This document shows positions 51,816 through 62,131 of a stretch of 64,000 bases of DNA, piece after piece. The translations under genes were made by a program, and so were the position numbers. The stretch lies in contig CBDCNQ010000002.1 of NCBI GenBank assembly GCA_965219445.1, positions 416,001 through 480,000 of the forward strand. The letters are read 5' to 3'. The notes beneath the pieces are model-generated. The model saw nothing but the letters and a program-made list of their open reading frames with translations. It made no database searches and was not told where the DNA came from. The first letter of the stretch is position 1; every line of letters starts with the position of its first letter. This stretch comes from Longimicrobiales bacterium (GTDB lineage: Bacteria; Gemmatimonadota; Gemmatimonadetes; Longimicrobiales; Gaopeijiaceae).

Positions 51816-51863
51816 CAAACAGTGCCACGTATCGAACAAAATAGGGTCTCATGAGACCTCCTC
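51816..51863 (-). pseudogene. Detached RBS and signal-peptide start of the CHRD lipoprotein
   Basis: GAGGAGG, ATG 51852 reading MRPYFVRYVALF; continues in frame at 3867 as VAACFLATC. Confidence 0.85.
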
Positions 51864-52257
51864 GGTTGAGCGCTACGCGCTTGATTGTGTCTGTGTGTAA
51901 TACGAGCGGAGAGACCTGCCGTCAACCGAAGGGGACGGCCCTGGGGTGCCTCGGCTCGCTCATCGAGTGCCGAACTCGGACAACGGCCCCTGAAATTCTG
52001 ACCCTCGCCGGGTTCGGCTTGACGGCCTCTTTCCCCGCTCGCATATCCAGCCGAGGGCCTTATATTTATGGCCCCTCACCCTTCTCTCCGAGGAGCTCCT
52101 ATGAAAAGTACCTTTGTCCGATCGATGTCGCTGCTCACCGTTGCGGGCTTCTTAGCCGCCTGCCAGAGCGAATTCCGGTAGGCCCCCCGCGTGCGCGACC
52201 GGTATGATTCTCTGACGGTCGACGCGCACCATCCCGATCCCAGTCCAATTACCGGGG

Positions 52258-52947
52258 GTGACGATGTCCGACACGTGGATGTTCTCGATTTCAGCGCTGA
52301 GTGCGGCGCTCCTCGGCGCCGCGTGCGGCACCGATAGCACGGCTCCAGAGGCCGCTCCGGCCGATTCGGTCCCTGAGGCCGTCGCGACTCAGCTCGTCAA
52401 GAGCGGTGGCGACCAGCAGGCCTGGTACTTCAACAACCCGCTCTCAACGCCCTACGCGGTGACGGCTCGGAGCGAAAACGACGATCCGGTGCCTGGCGTG
52501 GTGGTCACGTGGTCCGTGGCTTCGGGCGGTGGCTCGGTGGATCCTCCTCAGGTGGGAACCGACTCGAGCGGGCTCGCCCAAGCGACGCACACTTTGGGTC
52601 CCACGGCCATGTCCCAGTCGGTTACCGCAGGCGTCCCCGGCCTTCCCACGCTCACCTTCAACGCTACCGCGACCGATCCGCCGACCGCAGCCGCCGTGAT
52701 GGTGAAAAACAACTTCTTCGATCCCCGCGATGTGGTCGTGCAGATCGGCAGCACAGTCGTATGGACGTGGAACTCTTCGGGCGAGGTTCACAACGTGACG
52801 TATGTGGGCAGTCCTACGCCCCTTCCCCAGAGCTCGACCACGCAGGGAGCGGGCATGCACAGCAATACCTACGGGACGGCCACGAAGTACCGATATCTCT
52901 GCACAATCCACGGTGGCATGGAAGGTACGGTGACCGTGGTGCGGTGA
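52258..52947 (+). CDS. Lipoprotein with Ig-like (Big-1) and cupredoxin domains
   Basis: Lipobox GAAC, SGGDQ..., HNV...Y.CTIHGGM.G.V.V type-1 copper ligands. Confidence 0.8.
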   Translation: MTMSDTWMFSISALSAALLGAACGTDSTAPEAAPADSVPEAVATQLVKSGGDQQAWYFNNPLSTPYAVTARSENDDPVPGVVVTWSVASGGGSVDPPQVGTDSSGLAQATHTLGPTAMSQSVTAGVPGLPTLTFNATATDPPTAAAVMVKNNFFDPRDVVVQIGSTVVWTWNSSGEVHNVTYVGSPTPLPQSSTTQGAGMHSNTYGTATKYRYLCTIHGGMEGTVTVVR

Positions 52948-52973
52948 TGACCCGAAGGGCTGAGGCCGGCGGA

Positions 52974-54770
52974 CTAGTAGTCGACCGGCCTCAAGTAGAA
53001 CTCGCCGATCGCGGTGGACGAAAGCATCGCGACCGTGGGCAGCTCCCTCTTCCAATGCGTCGCCGACAGTAGACGCCAGACGCGATCCACGTCGGCCTCA
53101 GGGACCCCGTCTCTCTTGAGCTCGTCGGCCGTATAGCCGAGGAGAAGCCAGTGGAGAATCGGATCGGCCCGGTGGTAAGAAATACCGAGCTCGTCCTCGT
53201 CATGAACGCCACGGACCAAGTCGGCCGACGCGGGCTTGTCGATGATCACGTCCGGCACCCCGAGGTGCCTGGCCAAGTCCCAGACCTGCGTCTTGAAGAG
53301 ATCCCCAAGCGGATTGATCGGGGGAGAATCATCCGCGTGCCACGTGTAATAGCCCAGGAGGCGCTCCGACTTGTTTCCCGTACCGAGCGGCAGCGCCCGG
53401 AGCTTCGCGGACTGGTCGAAAAGAATCACTGAACGGAGGCGGGCAGCCAGATTCCCCCGGCGAAGGGGCGAAAGGTCAGGCTCATGTTTCTCTATGTACG
53501 CGTCCACCGTCTCCGTAATCTCGATCGTACGACCCTCGGCACCGGACGCCTCCAGCACGAGCGCCGCGTGGTCCAGGCTCTCCTGGCTCGACGTCGCGTA
53601 AGGAAGGCGAAAGCCCGTCACGTTCTCGGGGCCGAGAGCGCGGACGGCCAAGAATAGCGACACGCTCGAATCCACTCCCCCGGATATACCGATCACCACA
53701 CGTTCGAAGCCGCGCCGACGAACGACTTCTTCCCGGATGAACTCCAGCAGAGCGCTTTCCACCAGGGGCAGATCCAGATCGAGTAGCCTGTCGTCTTCGG
53801 GATGGACGGGCGTATGCAGGCTCGGGCCCACGCGATCGAGCGGGGGCTCATCCTCCACCGGTTCGGGGCGAGGCGGGGTGGGTGGCCCAGCCGGGCCCTG
53901 GGCCTCCGTCAGCGCCCTCTGCAGGTGAGGGAGCGTCTGCTCGAGATCGGCCAACAAGGGGGACGCGACCCGGGCACGGTCCAGCGCCGCCGGATCCAGC
54001 TGGGCCAAGGTCACACCCTCGGCGAAGAGTGGTCCCCGTGCCAGAATCGAGCCGTCCGGCGCAACCGCAATGGACCCACCTGGAAACACCTTTCCCCCCT
54101 CCGAGCCGACGAGCTGACTGACCACAACGAACACACCGTGCTCGAGCGCGGTAGCCGGGGCCAAGGCCTCCCATCGACTCAGATTGTGCGGGCGCCCTTC
54201 CCCACTCGGAGTGAAGTCTCGCGCCGGAGACGCGCTCACGGCGATGATCAACTCCGCACCCCCTACGGTCAGGATCGTGGGCGGCAACGAGTGCCACATT
54301 TCCTCACAGATGAGGAGCCCTACCCGTCCGAACCTGGTATCGAACGCCTGGACCGTCCTTCCAGCCTCCACGAAGCGCGCCTCGTCGAAGACGCCGTAGG
54401 TGGGGAGAAACATCTTCCGGTGGACGTGGGTCGCCTCGAATCCTCGCTCGCCGGGCGTCAGATACACGACGCTGTTATACAGCCTCCGACGATGCCGTTC
54501 GAAGAAGCCGAGCACCACGTCAGGAGCCTCCTCCGGCGGTTGTCCCAGACCCTTTGCCACGTCCGCGGCCGAGCGCGCCGCCTCGGCAACACCACCCTCC
54601 AGGAAGTAGCCGGAAAGGCTCGCCTCGGGAAACACCAAGAGGTCGACCGTGCCCGCCTGCTCGGAGACCACCTCGCCAATCCGGGAGATATTGGAGGCGA
54701 CATCGGCCTTCTCGGGTTTGAACTGGGCGAGCCCCACCCGTAGCTGAGACCCTACTATCGGTCGTATCAT
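52974..54770 (-). CDS. nadE: Glutamine-dependent NAD+ synthetase
   Basis: Nitrilase domain (FPE, RK..LPTYGVFDE.RF, ICEE) fused to GISGGVDS, GNKSE, KPASADL. Confidence 0.93.
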   Translation of the reverse strand: MIRPIVGSQLRVGLAQFKPEKADVASNISRIGEVVSEQAGTVDLLVFPEASLSGYFLEGGVAEAARSAADVAKGLGQPPEEAPDVVLGFFERHRRRLYNSVVYLTPGERGFEATHVHRKMFLPTYGVFDEARFVEAGRTVQAFDTRFGRVGLLICEEMWHSLPPTILTVGGAELIIAVSASPARDFTPSGEGRPHNLSRWEALAPATALEHGVFVVVSQLVGSEGGKVFPGGSIAVAPDGSILARGPLFAEGVTLAQLDPAALDRARVASPLLADLEQTLPHLQRALTEAQGPAGPPTPPRPEPVEDEPPLDRVGPSLHTPVHPEDDRLLDLDLPLVESALLEFIREEVVRRRGFERVVIGISGGVDSSVSLFLAVRALGPENVTGFRLPYATSSQESLDHAALVLEASGAEGRTIEITETVDAYIEKHEPDLSPLRRGNLAARLRSVILFDQSAKLRALPLGTGNKSERLLGYYTWHADDSPPINPLGDLFKTQVWDLARHLGVPDVIIDKPASADLVRGVHDEDELGISYHRADPILHWLLLGYTADELKRDGVPEADVDRVWRLLSATHWKRELPTVAMLSSTAIGEFYLRPVDY

Positions 54771-54943
54771 TAGCGACGTCTCCCGGGCACGTCGGCGACA
54801 AAAACGTATCTCGCCTCTCTCTCGACAAAGTAAGGATTCGGCCGTCGAAGCCGAAGCCCCCTTGCATCTTGACCGGAATGAGGCAGGATTCGATGGGGTT
54901 AGTCAGACATTCTTTGCGGCGGCCGCCACACCGAAGGGAAACG

Positions 54944-56572
54944 ATGATCCGTAAGACGGTACTCGGCTTTGTGTTGGCCCTCGTTCTGGCGCTGCCTTCG
55001 GCAGTTCAGTCGCAGGATAATGCGCAACGGCGCCGATCCGGAGGACGGGCGGCCGCGTCCCCAGGTGCTCAGGAGTTCCTGAGCGTCTTTCAGGCCATTC
55101 GTGACTACGGCCTCCAAGAGCTTTCCGACTCGACACTCTGGTACCGTGCCGTCGACGGGCTGATCCGCGAGATCGATGACCCATATGCGCAGGCGTTTTC
55201 GCCAGATGAGTACGACGAGTTCCAGGAATCCAATACGGGCAACTATGCGGGCATCGGCGTCCAGATCTCGACCCTCAACGAAATGATCACCGTCACGGCA
55301 GTATTCCGGGGCACTCCCGCCGAGGAGTCGGGCCTCCAGGTCGGGGACCTGATCATTGGGGTGAACGACGAGAGTACAGAGGGATGGACCACCGGGGACG
55401 CGTCGAACGCCATCCGTGGCGAAGTGGGAACGACGGTGGACCTTGCGATCGCTCGCCAAGGGCTCACTGCCCCGCTCAGGCCAACTGTGCGCCGGGATAC
55501 CGTGCATGTCTCTGCTGCGGAGGCAGACTTCGTGGGCTCGAACATCGCCTATATCCGACTCGACCGCGTCGCTCGCGGCTCGGCCGATGAGGTGGGGGCC
55601 CTCCTTTCCGAATTCGGGGACGCCCGGGGATTCATCCTCGACTTGAGGGGCAATCCAGGAGGATACCTGGACGAATCGCTCAGCATCTCGGATCTCTTCC
55701 TCCACGAAGGCGCTCGCCTTGCCAGTGCGGAGAGCCGGGTTCCGGGTGAAGCGAACCGTAGCACGGACGAAGCGTGGACCGCCGAAACCCCCGACCAGAT
55801 ACCGGGCAAGCCGGTCATCGTCCTCGTCGATCAGTATTCCGCATCTGCCTCGGAGATCGTCGCCGGAGCCTTGCAGGACCACGACCGAGCTTTGGTTATC
55901 GGTGAGAGGACCTTTGGAAAGGGCGTCTTCCAAAACGTGTTCAGGCTCACCGAGACACGTCATCTCCGACTCACGACGGGCGAATGGTATACCCCGCTGG
56001 GGAGGTCGCTGCATCGACCGCGGACCGCTCAGGGTAACCCCATACCTGAAGATTCGGACAACTTCCCGATGGTCACGACCGACGGAGGGCGTCAACTGGT
56101 CGCTGGAGGCGGAGTGTTCCCCGATCTCGAGATCAGAAACGACACGCTCACGCTAGTCGAACGCGAGTTCACGTCTCAAGCAGCCAGCGCCCGTGTTCCC
56201 ATGAACGTCCGCATCGAGGAGTTCGCCTTCGGTCAGTCCGGGGAGCTCCGTGCCGCGAGTGCCGACCCTGCGATCGATCCCACCGCCTTCGAAGATTTCC
56301 TGACCGGGCTGGTCGACGACGGAGTCGATCCCACTTATCTCGAAAATGACGAAGTGCGGGGATACCTGGAATACTTGGTCATTCAGCGCATTGCGCGCCG
56401 AATGGACAACTTGGGACGGGCCATGGAGCTTCGAGCGCAGCGTGATCCAGTCCTCGCGGAAGCCATGCGACTCTTGGGTGAGATCGAGACTCAAGCCGAA
56501 TTGTTCGCTGCGGCCGAGCGAATGAATGAGTCCTCGCAGGACGTCCGCACAGACGCGATCGGAGTTCGCTAG
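54944..56572 (+). CDS. S41 carboxyl-terminal processing protease (CtpA/Prc-like)
   Basis: PDZ domain GIGV, DLRGNPGG, SASASEIVAGALQD, GERTFGKG. Confidence 0.93.
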   Translation: MIRKTVLGFVLALVLALPSAVQSQDNAQRRRSGGRAAASPGAQEFLSVFQAIRDYGLQELSDSTLWYRAVDGLIREIDDPYAQAFSPDEYDEFQESNTGNYAGIGVQISTLNEMITVTAVFRGTPAEESGLQVGDLIIGVNDESTEGWTTGDASNAIRGEVGTTVDLAIARQGLTAPLRPTVRRDTVHVSAAEADFVGSNIAYIRLDRVARGSADEVGALLSEFGDARGFILDLRGNPGGYLDESLSISDLFLHEGARLASAESRVPGEANRSTDEAWTAETPDQIPGKPVIVLVDQYSASASEIVAGALQDHDRALVIGERTFGKGVFQNVFRLTETRHLRLTTGEWYTPLGRSLHRPRTAQGNPIPEDSDNFPMVTTDGGRQLVAGGGVFPDLEIRNDTLTLVEREFTSQAASARVPMNVRIEEFAFGQSGELRAASADPAIDPTAFEDFLTGLVDDGVDPTYLENDEVRGYLEYLVIQRIARRMDNLGRAMELRAQRDPVLAEAMRLLGEIETQAELFAAAERMNESSQDVRTDAIGVR

Positions 56573-56670
56573 CGGAGCGATGCTATTCCTCGTCGTCGCG
56601 CCCTGCCGCATCCGGCGCCTCGGCACTCTCGGTGGCTCGCGAACTTCTGGAACACCACACTACGACCACC

Positions 56671-57588
56671 CTACGACCTTGGGTGGTACCTTCGATGCGT
56701 GTCACGAAGGTATTTACGATCCAAGTGTGTATAGATCTGGGTCGTTGAGATGTCCGCATGACCTAGAAGCTCCTGGACCGCCACCAGATCCGCACCTCCC
56801 TCCAACAGGTGCGTCGCGAACGTATGGCGCAGCACATGGGGAGACACTTTTCGTTCGATACCCGCCAAGCCCGCAGCCGCCTTTACGATCTTCCACACTG
56901 CCGTCCTGGACAGGGGCCGCCCTCGCTGATTGAGAAAGACAAACCCACCGCCCTTGCCCTTCTCCAAGGCCGGCCTCACTTCACGGAGGTAACGGGAAAT
57001 CGCCACGCACGCCGGCCGCCCGAGCGGAACCATACGCTCCTTGGACCCCTTCCCGAAGACCGTACACAATCCCTCTTTCAGATCGAGATCAGTAAGGCGC
57101 AGGCCCACGAGCTCCGAGACGCGCACCCCGGTGGCGTAGAGAAATTCTAGAATCGCCCGGTCGCGCCAGTGCAGCGACGAATCCAATCGAGGCGCCTCCA
57201 ACAGCGCAGAGACCTCGGCAACATCGAGGACGTTCGGAAGCGGCCGGGCGACACGAGAGCTTTGAAGCCCCTCCGTCGGGTCGCTTGGCAGAGCTCCCTC
57301 CTCCAGTAGAAATCCGAAATAGGTGCGAAGCGCCGACTGGGCGCGGCGTACAGACGTTGGGGCCAGCCCAAGATCACTTAGGTGGAACACGTAATCTCGT
57401 ACGTCATCCCCACCTACGGACGCCGGATCGCGGCGTCCCCTCTCCGTCGCAAAGACGATGAATCTCTGGAGCTCCCGGCCATACGCACTGACGGTGAGCG
57501 GGGACAAGCCACGCTCGAAATTCAGATAGTCGGCGTAGAGTTCAGCCTGAAATTCGATCACCTCATTCACGCGGTCACTCCGACTCAT
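56671..57588 (-). CDS. xerD: Tyrosine recombinase XerD
   Basis: RDRAILE.LYATG.RVSEL, GKGSKER.VP, SPH.LRH.FATHLL, LLGHADISTTQIYTH, HPR. Confidence 0.9.
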   Translation of the reverse strand: MSRSDRVNEVIEFQAELYADYLNFERGLSPLTVSAYGRELQRFIVFATERGRRDPASVGGDDVRDYVFHLSDLGLAPTSVRRAQSALRTYFGFLLEEGALPSDPTEGLQSSRVARPLPNVLDVAEVSALLEAPRLDSSLHWRDRAILEFLYATGVRVSELVGLRLTDLDLKEGLCTVFGKGSKERMVPLGRPACVAISRYLREVRPALEKGKGGGFVFLNQRGRPLSRTAVWKIVKAAAGLAGIERKVSPHVLRHTFATHLLEGGADLVAVQELLGHADISTTQIYTHLDRKYLRDTHRRYHPRS

Positions 57589-58237
57589 CTCGATGCTGGT
57601 CCGGCCCAGAGCGCGCGTCGATATCGGCCCTGTGCCTCCGGCGGGATCGTACCCACCACCACCCCAGCAGCACGAAGATCACACCCGTGATGCCTGTCAA
57701 TGTCCAGTTCAGACGGGACTGTATCCTCAGTAGCTGGTCGATATTCCGCCCAGCGAACGCTCCGATCCAGATGAGAGCTCCGTACCAGATCGCCGAAGCC
57801 ATCAGAAGAGGAACAGCCACAGAGAGTGGGTGCTGTCGGATGAGGCCCGCGAACACGGGCGTAACCGCCCGCAGCCCCGGTAGGAACCGGGTATAGAAGA
57901 CTGCTACCACTCCCCACCGCTCGTAAAACTTCCGAACGATTTCAACCTGCTTCGGGTCGAGCAGGTACCGCCCGAGCCGAGACTGGAAAAACGAGTCGCC
58001 GTAGCGGTAGCCAGCCGTGTAGACCACAAGGGCAGAAAGCACGTTCGATGTCCACGTCACGAGAAAGACGAGCTGTTCGCTTGCGAGCCCTCGAGCGGCG
58101 AGGAAACCTCCGAGCAGAACGAAGGTGTCGGCCGGAATCGGAGGGATGATGTTCTCGACGGCCGCGCCCACGCCGAGCGCCGCATACAACAGGTAGGGGG
58201 ACGCATCCCGTATCCAGGCAAGAAGCTGGTCCAGCAC
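57575..58237 (-). CDS. DedA family membrane protein
   Basis: EN..PPIP.D, RFLPGLR. Confidence 0.9.
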   Translation of the reverse strand: MLDQLLAWIRDASPYLLYAALGVGAAVENIIPPIPADTFVLLGGFLAARGLASEQLVFLVTWTSNVLSALVVYTAGYRYGDSFFQSRLGRYLLDPKQVEIVRKFYERWGVVAVFYTRFLPGLRAVTPVFAGLIRQHPLSVAVPLLMASAIWYGALIWIGAFAGRNIDQLLRIQSRLNWTLTGITGVIFVLLGWWWVRSRRRHRADIDARSGPDQHRDESE

Positions 58238-58242
58238 GACCC

Positions 58243-58770
58243 TCAGAGGCCCGACCCGTCACTGCGACGGGCTTCGTCGTCTCCTGATCCCTCTAGAAGC
58301 GCCACCGCGTGCACCGCCATGCCCTCCCCCGCTCCGATCCAGCCCATACCCTCGTTCGTCTTTCCTTTCACGGAAATCCTCTCGGGAGCCGTGCCGAGCA
58401 CCTCGGAGAGCCTCGCCACCATCTCCTTCGCGTTGGGAGCGATCTCGGGCAGCTCCGTGATTACGGTGACGTCAAGATTACAGACCCGGAGATCGGACTC
58501 ACGAATGAGTTCGACCGTACGCGCCAGCAATTCCATGGAATCCGCATCCTTCCACCGGGGCTCAGAGGGGGGAAAATGCCGACCGATGTCACCCAAAGCC
58601 GCGGCGCCGAGCAAGGCATCCGCGACCGCATGGGCGATGGCATCGCCGTCGGAGTGTCCCACGAGACCCGGGTGATCAGGAATCCGGACGCCTCCAAGAA
58701 CGAGCGGCCGTGCCTCGTCGAAGCGGTGGGAGTCGTATCCGAAGCCGATCCTCATCGAGCCGATCTTCAT
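58243..58770 (-). CDS. ispF: 2-C-methyl-D-erythritol 2,4-cyclodiphosphate synthase
   Basis: RIG.GYDSH, GHSDGD, DIG.HFP, KGKTNEGMG. Confidence 0.96.
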   Translation of the reverse strand: MKIGSMRIGFGYDSHRFDEARPLVLGGVRIPDHPGLVGHSDGDAIAHAVADALLGAAALGDIGRHFPPSEPRWKDADSMELLARTVELIRESDLRVCNLDVTVITELPEIAPNAKEMVARLSEVLGTAPERISVKGKTNEGMGWIGAGEGMAVHAVALLEGSGDDEARRSDGSGL

Positions 58771-58819
58771 CGCCCCTCCATTCACTTCGCGGAGCCGCAC
58801 CCCACCTTTTCAACAGGCC

Positions 58820-60082
58820 TCAATCTCCTCCCCAGGCCCGGATCGCCAAACAAGCGTTGTGCCCACCAAATCCGAAAGAGTTGGAGAGAGCGACCCCCAC
58901 CGGGCGATCGACCACACCGTGTGGACCATAGTCGAGATCGCAATCTGGGTCAGGGTCGGTCAAGTTGATCGTGGGAGGCATCCGGCCCTGCTGGCATACC
59001 AGCGCCGTGATGACGGCCTCGACTCCGCCGGCCGCCCCCAACAAGTGCCCCGTCATCGATTTCGTGGAACCCACGATCACCGAATACGCCAAATCCCCCA
59101 GGACCCGCTTGATTGCCGCCGTCTCGTTCCGGTCGTTTGCTTGAGTCGATGTACCGTGGGCGTTGATATAACCCACATCCTCGGGGCTCGCGCCCGCGTC
59201 ATTCATAGCCATGCGCATAGCGTGTTGAGCGCCCTCTCCCTCCGGTGCCGGCAGTGTGATGTGGTGCGCGTCCCCTGACACGCCGTATCCGACCACCTCG
59301 GCCACGATCGTCGCACCGCGGGCAACCGCCGTATCCAAAGCCTCTAATACCACGCACCCCGCTCCCTCGCCGATGACGAACCCGTCTCGGGCCACGTCGA
59401 ATGGGCGGGACGCGGCCTCCGGTTCGTCGTTCCTCGTGGACAGCGCCTTCATGGAAGCGAACCCCGAGACGGCCAGGGGCGTGATCGTCGCCTCAGCTCC
59501 CCCTGCGATCATGATGTCGGCGTCACCGCGCTCAATGAACCTGAACGCATCCCCAATCGCGTGGGCACCCGACGCACACGCCGACACCGTAGCGTAGTTC
59601 GGCCCTTTAGACCCGAAGCGGATTGAAATCAGGCCTGCCGCGATGTCGGGGATGAACATGGGGATGAAGAAAGGACTCACTCGGCTCGGACCGCGGTCCC
59701 TCAGTTGATCATGTTGGGCTTCCATGGTGGAGATGCCGCCGATCCCGCTTCCGAAGATCACCCCAAAACGCTCGGGGGCGACACCCTCGGGGGGGCCCGT
59801 CAGTCCCGCGTCTCGCATAGCCTCATCGGCGGCGCCGACGCCGAACTGAGCGAACCGGTCATACCGGCGAACTTCCTTATTGTCGAGGAAGGTGAGTGGG
59901 TCGAAGTTCTTAACCTCGCAAGCGATTCGGGTCACGTACTGCTCTGTGGTTTCGAAGAGGGTGATGGGTCCCGCCCCGCTCTCGCCTGCCAGTAACGCAC
60001 TCCAGGTTGAAGGCACGTCGTTCCCCACCGGGGTGAGAGCCCCGAGGCCTGTGATGACCACCCTACGACGGCCATCGCTCAT
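58820..60082 (-). CDS. fabF: Beta-ketoacyl-ACP synthase II
   Basis: SACASG, NAHGTST, KSMTGHLLG, SNSFGFGG. Confidence 0.97.
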   Translation of the reverse strand: MSDGRRRVVITGLGALTPVGNDVPSTWSALLAGESGAGPITLFETTEQYVTRIACEVKNFDPLTFLDNKEVRRYDRFAQFGVGAADEAMRDAGLTGPPEGVAPERFGVIFGSGIGGISTMEAQHDQLRDRGPSRVSPFFIPMFIPDIAAGLISIRFGSKGPNYATVSACASGAHAIGDAFRFIERGDADIMIAGGAEATITPLAVSGFASMKALSTRNDEPEAASRPFDVARDGFVIGEGAGCVVLEALDTAVARGATIVAEVVGYGVSGDAHHITLPAPEGEGAQHAMRMAMNDAGASPEDVGYINAHGTSTQANDRNETAAIKRVLGDLAYSVIVGSTKSMTGHLLGAAGGVEAVITALVCQQGRMPPTINLTDPDPDCDLDYGPHGVVDRPVGVALSNSFGFGGHNACLAIRAWGGD

Positions 60083-60118
60083 CGCCAGAACGCCTTCATA
60101 GCAGAGATTTCAGCAGGC

Positions 60119-60361
60119 TCACGACTCCCCGTGCTTCTCGATGTAGGCGACCGCTTCGCCAACAGTGCGCATCTGCTCCGCGTCCTCGTCTGGAATATCG
60201 ATGGTGAACTCTTCCTCGAAGGCCATCACTAGCTCCACGGTGTCCAGAGAATCAGCCCCGAGGTCGTCCACGAAGGAAGCCTCCGGAGTGACCTTCTCAG
60301 GGTCCACTCCCAACTCATTGATGATGATTTCCTTGACCTTCGCGGCCGTGTTGTCAGCCAT
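60119..60361 (-). CDS. acpP: Acyl carrier protein
   Basis: [20 protein letters not shown]. Confidence 0.97.
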   Translation of the reverse strand: MADNTAAKVKEIIINELGVDPEKVTPEASFVDDLGADSLDTVELVMAFEEEFTIDIPDEDAEQMRTVGEAVAYIEKHGES

Positions 60362-60427
60362 GGTGCCTCCGTAAAGTGAGTCCAGACGTGTCGAGTCGAC
60401 TTGAACCAAACTTGCATCATGATCGCC

Positions 60428-61165
60428 CTAGATTGCCATTCCTCCGTCCACCGCGACGACCTGGCCGGTAATGTAGCGGGCCCCAGGTCCCGCAAGAAAG
60501 CGCACCAGGCCGCCCACGTCTCCGGGATCGCCAAAACGACCCAGCGGAATGCGCGACTGTAACTCCTCGAGCGTGGACTGGGGCAATTCCGCCGTCATAT
60601 CGGTCGTGATGAAGCCCGGTGCGATAGCGTTGCAGCGGATGCCCCGCGGAGCGAGCTCCTTCGCGATGCTCTTCGTAAATCCGATGAGGCCGGCCTTGGA
60701 GGCGGCGTAGTTCGCCTGGCCGGCGTTTCCCACGATTCCGACCACCGACGTGATGTTCAAGACCACACCGCTCCGCCGCTTCATCATTCCCCGCGCGAGC
60801 GAGCGCGTCATGTTGAATGCCCCCTTGAGATTGACGGCGAGGACCTCATCCCAATCCTCCTCCTTCATTCGGATGAAGATGTTGTCCCTCGTGATCCCCG
60901 CGTTGTTGACCAAGATTTCGATCGGCCCCAGCCCCTCTTCCACCTTTGCGGCGACCGCCTTGACGCCTTCCGCGTCGCTGACGTCGCAGCCGTAGCCCTC
61001 GTGCCCCGCACCCTCGAGGGAGGTCGCCGCGGACTCGGCCGCCTCCCCGTTTCGGCCCACGACCGCCACTTTGGCACCGGCGCGACCGAGCTCCTGTGCG
61101 ATCGCCAGCCCAATACCACGGGAGCCTCCCGTGACGAGCGCGACCTGTCCGTCGAGTTCTTTCAT
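60428..61165 (-). CDS. fabG: 3-oxoacyl-ACP reductase
   Basis: TGGSRGIG, NNAGITRD, YAASKAG. Confidence 0.96.
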   Translation of the reverse strand: MKELDGQVALVTGGSRGIGLAIAQELGRAGAKVAVVGRNGEAAESAATSLEGAGHEGYGCDVSDAEGVKAVAAKVEEGLGPIEILVNNAGITRDNIFIRMKEEDWDEVLAVNLKGAFNMTRSLARGMMKRRSGVVLNITSVVGIVGNAGQANYAASKAGLIGFTKSIAKELAPRGIRCNAIAPGFITTDMTAELPQSTLEELQSRIPLGRFGDPGDVGGLVRFLAGPGARYITGQVVAVDGGMAI

Positions 61166-61176
61166 TGAAGACCTCT

Positions 61177-62100
61177 TCAAGGCTCCCATGCTTCGAGATC
61201 GTCCGGCTCACCGAGAGACGCGCACGGGATGGGTTTTGCGATCCTTCGATTCAGTCCGCGTAGAACCGACCCGGGCCCGATTTCCAGGAATCGGTCCGCA
61301 CCCGACTCGACCATATGCAGGACAGAAGGCGCCCACAGTACAGGAGTGGTGAGTTGCCGCACCAATAACGCCCTTGCGGCCTCCCCTGTCGATACCGGTT
61401 TCGCGGTGACGTTCGCGATGATTGGGAAAGCGGGATCGTAGAAGGACTGCTGCTCGAGCCAAGTCTCGAACTCCACCGCCGCTGGCGCCATCAGTGGTGA
61501 GTGAAACGCTCCAGAAACACTCAACCGAACCACACGTTTGGCACCCCGCTTCGTCGCAAGCTCCATCGCCCGCTCAACCCCGGCGAGGTCTCCACTGATG
61601 ACTACCTGGCCCGTAGCGTTGAAGTTTGCCGGGACGCAGACGCCCGCTTCTTCCTGTGCCTGCCCACAGACCGAAACGACGGTTTCATCATCCAGCCCGA
61701 TCACGGCCGCCATGGTACCGGGCCGCTCGACTCCTGCGGCATACATCAGTTCTCCCCTCAGGCGCACCGTATGCACGGCGGTGCCAAAATCGAGTGTCCC
61801 CGCCGCGACGTGGGCGGAGAACTCGCCCAATGAGTGCCCCGCGGCTAGTCCCACTTCGCCGAGACGATTCTGGATGACCCGGTATACAGCGGTGGAGTGG
61901 ACAAGCATGGCCGGCTGGGCGTTTTTTGTGAGCACGAGATGCTCCTCCGGACCCTCCCAAGCGAGCTTAGAGAGGGAAAACCCCAAAACGTCGTCTGCCT
62001 CTTCGAACACCCGAGCGGCCTCGGGATAGGCGCACGCCAGAGATCGACCCATTCCAACGTACTGGGACCCCTGTCCTGGAAAGAGAAGTGCGAGGGACAT
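61177..62100 (-). CDS. fabD: Malonyl-CoA:ACP transacylase
   Basis: FPGQGSQ, GHSLGE, AFHS. Confidence 0.96.
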   Translation of the reverse strand: MSLALLFPGQGSQYVGMGRSLACAYPEAARVFEEADDVLGFSLSKLAWEGPEEHLVLTKNAQPAMLVHSTAVYRVIQNRLGEVGLAAGHSLGEFSAHVAAGTLDFGTAVHTVRLRGELMYAAGVERPGTMAAVIGLDDETVVSVCGQAQEEAGVCVPANFNATGQVVISGDLAGVERAMELATKRGAKRVVRLSVSGAFHSPLMAPAAVEFETWLEQQSFYDPAFPIIANVTAKPVSTGEAARALLVRQLTTPVLWAPSVLHMVESGADRFLEIGPGSVLRGLNRRIAKPIPCASLGEPDDLEAWEP

Positions 62101-62131
62101 TATCAGTCGCGGTCGCTCGGACCGCCCGTTC

